64,000 nucleotides of DNA from Nitrospirota bacterium (lineage in GTDB: Bacteria > Nitrospirota > UBA9217): NCBI GenBank assembly GCA_963790205.1, contig CAWBNQ010000001.1:672001-736000 (forward strand), in the 5' to 3' direction. The notes under the pieces are model-generated. The model had not been told where the DNA came from and did no database searches. It worked only from the letters and a program-made list of their open reading frames with translations. A program made the translations under genes and the position numbers. This document shows, piece by piece, positions 28,901 through 36,835 of this stretch; position 1 is the stretch's first letter; each line of letters opens with the position of its first letter.

Positions 28901-29343
28901 TGCTTGATCGCATCCAGCGATCTGTACGAGACGTGTCTGGGCAACGGGTGAGCCACGTTTCGCTGACCCGATACATGATTAATCTCTCGCCACTTGGAAA
29001 AGCACATGCAATTGCCAGGGCGGCGCTTGAGGCCGATGAGGTCGCAGGTTCAACCGAGAAGCTGAAGCAGCTACTTACGGATGTCGAGCGAATTGAGGTC
29101 GATCGCAGTACCGAGTTGCTCGCGGTCAAACGTGACCTAGAGCAGCTTAAAGCCATCGTCCGACGGCAATTAAAGGCGCTAAACGAAGACGTTGTACCGC
29201 TAACGGCAGCGGTCCGCGCCCTTATCTATTTGCGCGATCCATACGACGCCGTGATGGATCAGCACGTTGCCCTTGGACTACAAGATGACCTCGAAGTGAT
29301 TCGATCGGCAGCCCGCGTGCTGGCGAGGATTCCCGTCAATTAG
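25921..29343 (+). CDS. SF2 (SNF2-like) helicase (ZacC-like)
   Basis: LADEVGLGKT, DEVQRF, LSATPY, FNSPFWP, SVGQEGLDFH, PSNPVDLEQREGRINR. Confidence 0.9.
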   Translation: MSDLKLAEFQSAAAQTICDRLTDRNGSRRFLLADEVGLGKTVVARGVIEELLRRRRGRDLNVVYLCSNSEIADQNRIKLAPKAPPSVRRITQLAWSGSGSDSDRLQLYSFTPGTSLTAGTGMAWERRMLLYLAYRVLRLDILRGNWRNYFRCGAGKENWRKDTRFRSLKNEFSRKLRSGLQERIADEWKKPIEIGGATLVPLSALRAEVDMFDPEDPESRRRRNKLIGILRTGAQRALLDELEPHLVILDEVQRFREVIEEAGSKKSIAARLFERDPAVLILSATPYRMLSLDHEGQGNYDEFLDTVRFLFAAKGKGEVNNLRADLKAFRERLEVGVFLRGNDTDLLTLKFRIETRLRKVICRTERNAYIQDQSKGIEEFRPTGNAFAVPQKQEVVDFIRLRRFLLDKVDTSQHITEYWKSCPAPFTFMDAQYAPMAAAKRKKAIVPTGVVEPPSRLRELAHRNLRFRQLFQAVFGATNTPWKFLWTRPTYTYYRDEFFRDADPAKMLVFSGWRFVPKAIALLTSLEAEQRIAPHGRLWEAEYSQPLSFTEKGSYHIFDVCFPSPALARLIEPSSMAYEELTAKEVLKRSRKSLKAALTKAGIVIADTNNSPLWQVVARLEKNASTLVHLKLKECSAYRGNHATDLFEEHVDTFVDWMNSDEPLRISEERLTHLAMIVAFSPAIALLRAFWSTFPSAGRQVPIGLVDLCFGALRSYFNRRTVRAIVQRSVPEGRRYARAVIEYCQRAHFQAVADEYLYVGKNVLQRNTPGEMAEHLQRVLGIGTGSPNINLTTDTGRLRQDQLARRAHFALAFGEDLKADQESHLEQSGPSRKTAVREAFNSPFWPFVLSTTSVGQEGLDFHLFCRDIVHWNLPSNPVDLEQREGRINRRDGLVIRRAIAREWPMKRLTRALTGEPTSFWDGVFNVIGEASDVQRYKHGLYPHWIFESRGGQVERIRRHLFFYADSQDASRYDELKERLALYRLVFGQPRQQDLLDRIQRSVRDVSGQRVSHVSLTRYMINLSPLGKAHAIARAALEADEVAGSTEKLKQLLTDVERIEVDRSTELLAVKRDLEQLKAIVRRQLKALNEDVVPLTAAVRALIYLRDPYDAVMDQHVALGLQDDLEVIRSAARVLARIPVN

Positions 29344-29664
29344 AGGGCGACTGCGTTGTCTGGCGGTTCTTGGTTTTCCAGCCGATGAGCCGGTGAGTTT
29401 CTGCGCCGTTCATTAGCGACGTTTATGTGCATGTTACCAGATAAGTAATCAGTATTTTGCACGATGTAGTGGGTGGAGCTGATATTGTCTGTCTATCTTA
29501 TCCGATGCTGAAATACTTCTTGAAGTATATACTATCGGGATCTAAAGTCAGTGTCCGGCCAGATCGGAATTGATGTCTGACGCAAACTGGAGCGGTCGTT
29601 CGAACGCGATCGGAACGGATGTCCGATCCTATTGGAATACGCAGCTCTTGACAGGAGAATCAAT

Positions 29665-30135
29665 ATGGACGCAATAATTGAGCTCTTTACTGTTGCGATA
29701 CAAGATCTAAAAAATAAAGACAACCCCATTTTGCGAAACCAGATAAGAGAGGAATCTATAAATCATCGGCTTGCTTGTTATTTGGAAAAACACCTGAATG
29801 AGTTTCAAGGCGGAAGTACTTGCGTAGATATTGAATACGACAAGCATGGTGATGATAAAAAAGAGAATGTCTATAAAAAAGAATTTAGGCCCGACATAAT
29901 AATTCATCGAAGAATGGTCGACAGCCATAATTATGCTTATGTTGAGGCAAAGAAAAATCCAACACAAAGAGAAATAATCGAAGATGAGAAGAAAATAGAG
30001 CTGGCAATAAAACCACCGTTCAATTACAAATGGGGGATCCGAGTCACGTACGGAAATGGTTTTGAAAAAATAAGACTAAAGCTGTTCTGGCTAAACAAAG
30101 ATTCTGCTGTAGAAAAAAAAGACTTAGAAATCTAA
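29665..30135 (+). CDS. PD-(D/E)XK nuclease-like protein
   Basis: E.SINHRLA.YL, VDIEYDK, RPDIIIH, VEAKK; AGGAGA RBS. Confidence 0.7.
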   Translation: MDAIIELFTVAIQDLKNKDNPILRNQIREESINHRLACYLEKHLNEFQGGSTCVDIEYDKHGDDKKENVYKKEFRPDIIIHRRMVDSHNYAYVEAKKNPTQREIIEDEKKIELAIKPPFNYKWGIRVTYGNGFEKIRLKLFWLNKDSAVEKKDLEI

Positions 30136-30191
30136 GCCAGCTCGTTGTCAATAAATTAAATAGTGAAAGATAGTAGGAGACTTGGTCGATT

Positions 30192-30755
30192 ATGGGCGCC
30201 ACACGTATAAAATATCAAGAGGCCGAGTTCTTCCTCAACAAGCTGGACGAGCATTACTACGATGATATTCAAAACATGCTTGCCGGCAAAATCGATCGGC
30301 CTATTTTTCTTTATAATCTAAGTGCCTTCTTGAGTGCTGCCCGAAGTGTCACATGGATTATGCGCAATGAATATGCCACCATTCCTGGATGGGAGCAGTG
30401 GTTCCGAGGCCAGGCCCCCGAGAAGGAAGAGGCTCAATTGCTCTCGCTATTTAACCAGCTTCGTATCAAGAGTGAGAAAATTCGTCCAATTCGTCCGGGA
30501 AGGGCATTCCGCCTCGAGGGTGATAAAGGTTCTCCGATTGAGCGCGATCCGCGCCTACCGCGGTTTCACATCACTATAACCGCAGTCGACCCAGAATCAG
30601 GTTCCGGGCCGGTTATGGCCGGCGAGGTCGTCGAGTGTAGTTGGACTATTGATGAACTCGATGGTGCAGATCTCGTAACAGCCTGCCGTAGGTATCTTCA
30701 ATCGATCGGAACTCTTCTTGAAAAATGCGAAGCACAGTTCGGATCACCTACATAA
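30192..30755 (+). CDS. Hypothetical protein (possibly degenerate HEPN-like)
   Basis: EAEFFL…YNLSAFLSAARSV…LR pattern; RxxxxH incomplete (LRIKSEK). Confidence 0.6.
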   Translation: MGATRIKYQEAEFFLNKLDEHYYDDIQNMLAGKIDRPIFLYNLSAFLSAARSVTWIMRNEYATIPGWEQWFRGQAPEKEEAQLLSLFNQLRIKSEKIRPIRPGRAFRLEGDKGSPIERDPRLPRFHITITAVDPESGSGPVMAGEVVECSWTIDELDGADLVTACRRYLQSIGTLLEKCEAQFGSPT

Positions 30756-30815
30756 TAATGTCAGATAAATCAGGCTTGGCGATATCCCCCCTTGTAATGG
30801 AATAATATCAAGCAA

Positions 30816-32261
30816 TCAAGCAGATTCCCGACATGGTAGTCTGAATCGATCTCCCTTGGCTCTACGACTCCTGCTCCCATCCCCGCAGTCCAGACATTCT
30901 TTATTCGTTGCAGGCTCCACACTACTTACTGTGCGCTCCCGTATAAACCCTATCAGGTGATTCAGGGAAACAGTGCCCTCATAAAGGCCGGTAAACATCA
31001 TCATTAGATCATTGACCACTTGTGCCGCAGAGAGAACATTGAGCGTAATTACGCTTGGTTCCTTGATTTCTTCGTCATCAACGTAGCGCTGCGATTTTTT
31101 TTCACCCTCTGAAAGCGCCTCCTGTCTGAGTCGTTCTGGAGAGATCAACTGATGGCAATCTAAACAGCCACCACCGTTATACGGAAGAACCAGGCGGCTC
31201 GCAACATGGATGTCGCCGACCGCGCCAGTGTTCTTATCAATCCCGACTTTCGCACCGATCTGTGCTCCAGGAATGAGATATTGATGAACGAGAGCATTAA
31301 ACACAAGGCGGCTCTGTGTTGTGTCGCTTGCCAAAAACAAAAAATCGGCATCTGTTAATAGGCAGGCAGTCTGTTTATCGACGACGTCACCGACGACAGC
31401 ATCGTAGCGTATTCTTGGCCTGGCTTGTTTCGCCACACGTTCGGCGACTCTTACCTTGTGTCGCGCATAACGCCTCCCGAGTTGTTGAAAAAAAGGATGC
31501 TTGCTCCCCGACAGGAAGGAGAGAGCATCCCAGTGAGTCGCACCGACAATCCGCGGCAAGTTCGTAATATCGACCCTGTCAAAATCAACAGCCACGATAT
31601 GGCCGACCCCGAGACGGGCAAGCCACTCATTTATCAGTGAACCGCCGCCGCCGAGACCAATTATCCCAACCTTCAGATTTGAAAGTATATACTGCCCGAG
31701 ATCACCAAAGAGCCTGGCATTTCGATCATCAATGAGATCGGCTTTCGGAGGCCGTTTTGCTCGTTCAGGGTATAAGTGCTGGATCCGGGGACCGATTACT
31801 GTGGCATGATTTAATGCAAACCGTCCTTCGGGTGTCCATATATCCCCGGCAACCGCATTTTTTGCAAAGACTAGTGCCCCAACAGGACCGCCGTGGGTTA
31901 TGTCAAGAAGGGCTGGGTAGCCCCGTTCGTGCGATGCAATATCTGTACTGGAAAAAGCGACGCTGTCTGAACCGCGGTGGCAGTGAACCGCGAGATAGCA
32001 TAGTTTCTCCGAAGCACAGTATCCGGAGACTTTTGCAACAAATTCTGCTGTAAGGGCCCGATAACCGCGGCTGCCCGGCACATATTCTATCATGTCTTTT
32101 GCAAGGAATACTTGTCGCACTAGAAGCCGAGTACCCCGCGCCGTTTCAGATATGCCTGCCGTAATAATCGCTCCGTGTTCATCGTCGTCACCTGGAAACA
32201 AGTGGTCGAACAACTCGCGATACAATGGTAGTGGAATCGTCAGCGATAATGGAAGTTTCAT
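30816..32261 (-). CDS. JAB peptidase fused to ThiF/E1-like adenylating domain
   Basis: EHGA…VHCH…FSSTD (JAB); GIIGLGGGGS, DFDRVDITNLPR, two CLDC Zn motifs (E1). Confidence 0.88.
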   Translation of the reverse strand: MKLPLSLTIPLPLYRELFDHLFPGDDDEHGAIITAGISETARGTRLLVRQVFLAKDMIEYVPGSRGYRALTAEFVAKVSGYCASEKLCYLAVHCHRGSDSVAFSSTDIASHERGYPALLDITHGGPVGALVFAKNAVAGDIWTPEGRFALNHATVIGPRIQHLYPERAKRPPKADLIDDRNARLFGDLGQYILSNLKVGIIGLGGGGSLINEWLARLGVGHIVAVDFDRVDITNLPRIVGATHWDALSFLSGSKHPFFQQLGRRYARHKVRVAERVAKQARPRIRYDAVVGDVVDKQTACLLTDADFLFLASDTTQSRLVFNALVHQYLIPGAQIGAKVGIDKNTGAVGDIHVASRLVLPYNGGGCLDCHQLISPERLRQEALSEGEKKSQRYVDDEEIKEPSVITLNVLSAAQVVNDLMMMFTGLYEGTVSLNHLIGFIRERTVSSVEPATNKECLDCGDGSRSRRAKGDRFRLPCRESA

Positions 32262-32271
32262 AGTCGTCTCC

Positions 32272-32652
32272 TTATTGTACGTTCAACCATTCCAAAACCT
32301 TCGCCAGCTTGAAAGCGGCCGTGTCGACGGCCGGGTTCAGGCGATTGGATCTTCTAGAAATCTGCCAGACTTCCTTGTTGCGCCATGTTGTTGAGGAGAT
32401 TCCCCCGCCGTACTGACTACCGTCTGTCCGGCGAACTGCCCGGTCAAAAAAGTGAGGATACACATCGGAGCGCGGATACTGAAAGTCGATCAGGAATCCC
32501 ATCCAGTTCTTGGACGGAGTAAACTTTCCACCGAAGTCGAGGTCATGAACAATAACATACGCCCCGCCTTGAGGTTCACTTTCTGTCTCGATCGTGGACC
32601 CCGGAAAGTAGCATTTTATTTCCTCAATTGCTTGCTCTACCTCCGGTGTCAT
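32272..32652 (-). CDS. Prokaryotic E2-like (UBC-fold) protein
   Basis: F.IDFQYPRSD.YPHF and W…WQISRR motifs; lies between the Ubl and E1 genes. Confidence 0.7.
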   Translation of the reverse strand: MTPEVEQAIEEIKCYFPGSTIETESEPQGGAYVIVHDLDFGGKFTPSKNWMGFLIDFQYPRSDVYPHFFDRAVRRTDGSQYGGGISSTTWRNKEVWQISRRSNRLNPAVDTAAFKLAKVLEWLNVQ

Positions 32653-32942
32653 ATGAAGCCTCCGCTGTTATCATCAGTCGTCACCGCCCGGAAACGTTCA
32701 CCCTCATGCAGGGCTTCTGTCTCGTCATCCCTGACCTGTTTCAAGTTGTTGCCCGGATTTACTCTGAAGAGGTTGAAATCCTTCTGGATCGGCGCCCCCT
32801 GGGCTATCGCTGCGTCCTTGATCTCCATGCCGGTTGCCTTGTGTCCCTGGATGGTAACGCTGTATTTCTCGTTGACGATGATCGTGGTTGTCTTCGCCCC
32901 ATGCCCTTCTACTTTTTCCTTCTCCTTCACTGTCTGGTCCAT
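32649..32942 (-). CDS. Multiubiquitin-type ubiquitin-like protein
   Basis: TIIVN…ATGMEIK.AA…F.LF…L.EGERF beta-grasp pattern; ends DDNSGGFI. Confidence 0.75.
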   Translation of the reverse strand: MDQTVKEKEKVEGHGAKTTTIIVNEKYSVTIQGHKATGMEIKDAAIAQGAPIQKDFNLFRVNPGNNLKQVRDDETEALHEGERFRAVTTDDNSGGFI

Positions 32943-33003
32943 CTTTCATCTCCTTTGGGCTTCCAATGCCCTGTTGGTGGAATACGTAGGGCCATAGCCG
33001 TAC

Positions 33004-33082
33004 GTTGCACAATTGCTACTGTGCTAAGTATAGCACACAAGGGGAAGTGTTGCAAGTAAAAAACAGTGTTGCATATGAAACA
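33004..33082. promoter_or_regulatory. Operator cluster between the Ubl operon and the divergent HTH gene
   Basis: Perfect IR TGTGCTA-N4-TAGCACA (33020-33037); near-palindrome TGTTGCATATGAAACA (33067-33082); direct repeat AGTGTTGCA at 33046 and 33065. Confidence 0.6.
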
Positions 33083-33123
33083 GTCATATGCTATATTTCA
33101 ATAAAAAGGGGAGGTGAAATACC

Positions 33124-33501
33124 ATGACAACACGCGCTACAATGGCTCACCTGAGCGCATTGATCAAAACAAAAAGAAAAAATGAAGACATTGGATTAAG
33201 AACGGCTGCCGATCAAGCCCACGTGAGTGCATCTACTTTATCGAGGTTGGAACGAGGAATATCACCGTCACTGCCTGATTTTGATACAATCACTAACCTA
33301 GCTAAATGGCTCGATATCCCTGTTAGCTCTATTCTTAGTGAAAAGGAAACCCCAAAAAAAAAGAATGCACCCTCATTTGAAACGCCAGAGCAAATAGAAG
33401 TCTATCTTCGTGCAGACAAAAACCTCACTCCGGAAACAGCAGGTGCACTATACAAATCATTCAGAATTCTGTATGATCAGTTCACAACTAAAAGAAAGTA
33501 A
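33124..33501 (+). CDS. XRE HTH regulator (CapH-like)
   Basis: GLRTAADQAHVSASTLSRLERG; adjacent to an IrrE-type peptidase. Confidence 0.85.
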   Translation: MTTRATMAHLSALIKTKRKNEDIGLRTAADQAHVSASTLSRLERGISPSLPDFDTITNLAKWLDIPVSSILSEKETPKKKNAPSFETPEQIEVYLRADKNLTPETAGALYKSFRILYDQFTTKRK

Positions 33502-33529
33502 GAAATAATATTTTTACGGGAGATTCTGG

Positions 33530-34087
33530 TTGGGTAAATCAAATTATCCAAAATGGGTTGAAATACAAGGATATTACCTTCGACAACACCTGCGGTTATC
33601 GTCTTATGATACGCTCGACCATTTAGCTCTTGCTCAGGCAATGAAGGTAAAGATTCTTTCGATTAAGGATGTTTCTGCTATTCCTGCGACTATCGTCTCG
33701 CACTTATTGTCAAATGATCGTTGCAGTTGGTCGGCTGGATGCTTGCGACTTCCTGAGGGGAACGAATTACGCGCGGTGATCCTTTATAATCCAACTCACG
33801 CAATTACTCGACAACGAGCAACAATTATGGAGGAGTTGTCCCATCTTCATTTGAAGCACAAAGGCAGCAAGCTTACAAGAACGGATGGAGGATCAGGTTT
33901 CCGTAGTTATAATAAAAGCGAGGAAAGTCAGGCATACTTCGTGGGTGCGGCAGCATTATTGCCAGTCGAAGTGCTGAAAAAAGCCCGCGTAGAGCGAACA
34001 TTACGATATGAGGTGGCCAGCAAGTGCGTTGTAAGTGAGGATCTTGTTCTCTTTCGCGAAAAGATAACCGGCGTAAGACTATCATAA
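33530..34087 (+). CDS. ImmA/IrrE-family metallopeptidase (CapP-like), EExxH variant
   Basis: ILYNP.H…RQRATIMEELSH…H and EE.QA..VGAAALLP. Confidence 0.8.
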   Translation: MGKSNYPKWVEIQGYYLRQHLRLSSYDTLDHLALAQAMKVKILSIKDVSAIPATIVSHLLSNDRCSWSAGCLRLPEGNELRAVILYNPTHAITRQRATIMEELSHLHLKHKGSKLTRTDGGSGFRSYNKSEESQAYFVGAAALLPVEVLKKARVERTLRYEVASKCVVSEDLVLFREKITGVRLS

Positions 34088-34137
34088 CCATGGGGAGAGA
34101 CGGCTGATTTAGAGCCCGTTCATGAAAAGGGGCAATT

Positions 34138-35181
34138 ATGAATAGTGTGCCTTTGGCTTCAAGATTAGAAGGCAAGCGAGTTGGCGATTGGGATGTGATA
34201 GATAAAAGAGAAAAAAACAAGCAAGATAACAGCGGTGCTTTTTCGAGCTGCTACCTTGTCGAAAATGTCGTCAATGGCACGCTTGGTTTCTTAAAGGCGT
34301 TTAATTATTTATATGCTTTCAATGCAACAGGAAGAAAGGGTCAATCAGCCGATATCTTAAAGGAAATAACAAGTGATTTTATTTATGAAAGAGAACTCTT
34401 AGAGTTTTGTAAAGAAAATAGAATGCAGCGCGTAGTAACAGCCCTCGATCATGGCGAGTATACTGAAACGGGCGAACATTTCCCTGTTCCCTATCTAGTC
34501 TTCGAGACGGCAGATGGCAGTTTGAAAAATGTTAAGACGCTCAAAAATCCGAGCTTGGCATGGAAGCTTCGAGCTTTTCATGGGAGTTTGGTCGGCCTAC
34601 AACAGCTTCATAATAAAAATATCGCACATCAAGATATTAAACCTTCCAATATCCTAATATTTGGAGATACTATTTCTAAATTATCTGATCTCGGTAATGC
34701 AACTCAAATGCTAAACGAGTCTCCCAAATGGAGCAAGCAAGAATGTTGCGGCGACATGCGGTATGCCCCGATAGAGCTGCTGTACGGGCATTTCAGTACA
34801 GATTGGGACACACGACGATACGGTGCCGATCTTTTTATGATGGGTGGTATTATCACCTTCCTTTTGACGGATAGTAACTTCTTATGGATCACGCTCAACA
34901 ATTTACCCGAGGAGTTTAGGCCAGTAAAGTTTGGCGGTACTTTTGAGCAAGCAAAGCCCCATCTCATAGAGGCGTACTACAAGACGCTTAAGATCATCGA
35001 AAAGACCTTACCTGCGAACATAAAAAATGAATTGATGGAAGTAGTTGCTCAACTTTGTCATCCAGTACCCGAAGAACGCGGCAATCCCAAAAACATTTAC
35101 ACAAGTGTTACGCAGTATTCTTTGCAGCGTTACATTTCAAAAACTGATAGATTAGCCAAGATAATAGAATTTGAGAAATAA
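34138..35181 (+). CDS. Hanks-type Ser/Thr protein kinase
   Basis: SGAFS Gly-loop, FLKA Lys, HQDIKPSNIL, SDLG, YAPIE, DLFMMG. Confidence 0.9.
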   Translation: MNSVPLASRLEGKRVGDWDVIDKREKNKQDNSGAFSSCYLVENVVNGTLGFLKAFNYLYAFNATGRKGQSADILKEITSDFIYERELLEFCKENRMQRVVTALDHGEYTETGEHFPVPYLVFETADGSLKNVKTLKNPSLAWKLRAFHGSLVGLQQLHNKNIAHQDIKPSNILIFGDTISKLSDLGNATQMLNESPKWSKQECCGDMRYAPIELLYGHFSTDWDTRRYGADLFMMGGIITFLLTDSNFLWITLNNLPEEFRPVKFGGTFEQAKPHLIEAYYKTLKIIEKTLPANIKNELMEVVAQLCHPVPEERGNPKNIYTSVTQYSLQRYISKTDRLAKIIEFEK

Positions 35182-35184
35182 AAG

Positions 35185-36696
35185 ATGAATGATACACAGA
35201 ATACACAACGAGCACATGTCGTGCCGAAGTGGGCAGGTTTTTCAAAAGCCTCAAAGAAAGGCGAACTCCTTGTTCCCAGAAAGAAGTCATTTGCAATTAA
35301 TGCATATACTATCGGGAAAATTGACGCTGAGTATCGGGAGTATAAGCAATCACCTTCTATTGAAAATGCAATGTCTTTATTGGGGTCAGCTCTAATAACA
35401 GCAAATGCATCTCTTGCTCATGATACTGCGAGTTTCCTTAAAAGTAAGAAAAATGTAAGCAAAACGGCAATGGATTTTGCGGATAAGATTCTTCATCCTG
35501 GCAAGAATGATGAATCTGACTTTGAAACAGCTCTGCAAATAACGAAGATCAAGGAATGGCTGAATAAGTATCCTAAGAGTGCACTTCACTGGATCGAATT
35601 GGCACGTTTGTATACAATTAGTGGTCAACATGATAAAGCTAAAAGGGCAGCAGTGATCGCTCTAAATCTAGCACCGTTTGACCGTTACGTTGTGCGCTGT
35701 GGTGTGCGATTTTTTATCCACATACTAGACTTTGATTCTGCTTGGCATTACATCCATAAAGCAAATAGTCATGCTAGGGATCCCTGGTTAAAAGCCACAG
35801 AGATGAATGTTGCTCTTATAGCAGACAAGGGTACGCCTTCCTTTAGAAGACTTCTTCCGCAAGGCCTTAGTGGAATTGATTTGTTCCATTATTCGGAGCT
35901 CTTCGAAAGCTGCGGGATTTTAGAGCTTCGCAATGGCAAAGCTAAAGAAGCTAAAAAGCTATTTAAAACGGCTTGGACAACACCCTGTGAAACTGTGATT
36001 ACTCATGGCGAGTGGGTAATTCGGAATAAGTTTCCCGGGCTCAGAGAAAATAGCAATCTACAATATGAGAGAAGTTCCGAGGCTCTAACTTGGATAAAAT
36101 ATTTTGATCTGGATCTAACGGGTGCTCTTTCGACAGCTAGGGACTGGGAACTAGAGGAACCCTATTCCCGGGGGCCATTTGTATTAGGCGCAAGCATAGC
36201 ATGTTGTGCAGAATTGCCTGGCATGGCGATAGAAATCGCACAGCGAGGTCTAAAGGCAAATCCCGATGATCCGAAGATACTAAATAACTTGTGCTATGCA
36301 TTTCTAAGGGCCGGACGTATTTCTGAGGCGGAGAATGAATTCAAAAAATATGTACCTTTGGAAAATGATGAATCAAAAATATTTTACTTGGCCACTAAAG
36401 GGCTCCTGGAAATAAAACAAGGCAATTTGTCAATTGGCAGAAACCATTATCTTGAATCTATTAGATTATGCAAGTTGCAGGGGGATCGGGATTTGGTCGC
36501 AAAAGCATATCTTAATTTGGCTCTTGCCGAGTTGGAGGCTTTAACACTCGATGCAACAAAAACGGTTCAATTAGCGCTGTCTGTATCGGAAGGGTCTAAC
36601 CAGCCTGACGTTAGAATGTTAAGGAAGCAAATAACAAAAAATCTTAATGAAGGCGCGATTAAGAGAAGTAAAGCCGCTCGTACGAAAAGCAAATAA
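35185..36696 (+). CDS. TPR-repeat protein
   Basis: WIELARLY…G…KA, GLKANPDD..ILNNL.YA helical repeats; starts 3 bp after the kinase stop. Confidence 0.8.
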   Translation: MNDTQNTQRAHVVPKWAGFSKASKKGELLVPRKKSFAINAYTIGKIDAEYREYKQSPSIENAMSLLGSALITANASLAHDTASFLKSKKNVSKTAMDFADKILHPGKNDESDFETALQITKIKEWLNKYPKSALHWIELARLYTISGQHDKAKRAAVIALNLAPFDRYVVRCGVRFFIHILDFDSAWHYIHKANSHARDPWLKATEMNVALIADKGTPSFRRLLPQGLSGIDLFHYSELFESCGILELRNGKAKEAKKLFKTAWTTPCETVITHGEWVIRNKFPGLRENSNLQYERSSEALTWIKYFDLDLTGALSTARDWELEEPYSRGPFVLGASIACCAELPGMAIEIAQRGLKANPDDPKILNNLCYAFLRAGRISEAENEFKKYVPLENDESKIFYLATKGLLEIKQGNLSIGRNHYLESIRLCKLQGDRDLVAKAYLNLALAELEALTLDATKTVQLALSVSEGSNQPDVRMLRKQITKNLNEGAIKRSKAARTKSK

Positions 36697-36806
36697 AGTA
36701 CACCGAATAGACGTAGGCCTGCTAGGCATCGTAGCCCGACTGAACAACCGCCACGATCTCCACATATTTCTCAGTATTGATGACTAACCTTAGTCCTAAA
36801 CTAGCG

Positions 36807-36835
36807 CTTATATCCTACACTTCAATGGAATAGAA
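36807..36835 (-). repeat. Terminal imperfect inverted repeat, high-coordinate end
   Basis: Reverse complement TTCTATTCCATTGAAGTGTAGGATATAAG; partner of 2392-2420. Confidence 0.75.

Larger units (their letters stand above)
2386..36835. mobile_element. ~34.45 kb integrative defence island, SE/GInt-like, inserted in yjbQ
   Basis: Split yjbQ rejoins in frame; no TSD; imperfect terminal IRs; four-gene tyrosine recombinase core; compositional shift; defence cargo. Confidence 0.9.

Noticed and set aside
22912..29343. DISARM, BREX or Druantia assignment
   Set aside because: No DUF1998, PglZ/PglX or cognate methylase; the gene set fits an Azaca-like trio.
30816..32942. CBASS type II (Cap2/Cap3) or ThiF/MoeB cofactor-biosynthesis assignment
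   Set aside because: No CD-NTase and no thiamine or molybdopterin genes nearby; a separate Ubl, E2 and JAB-E1 fusion fit Bub-like operons better.
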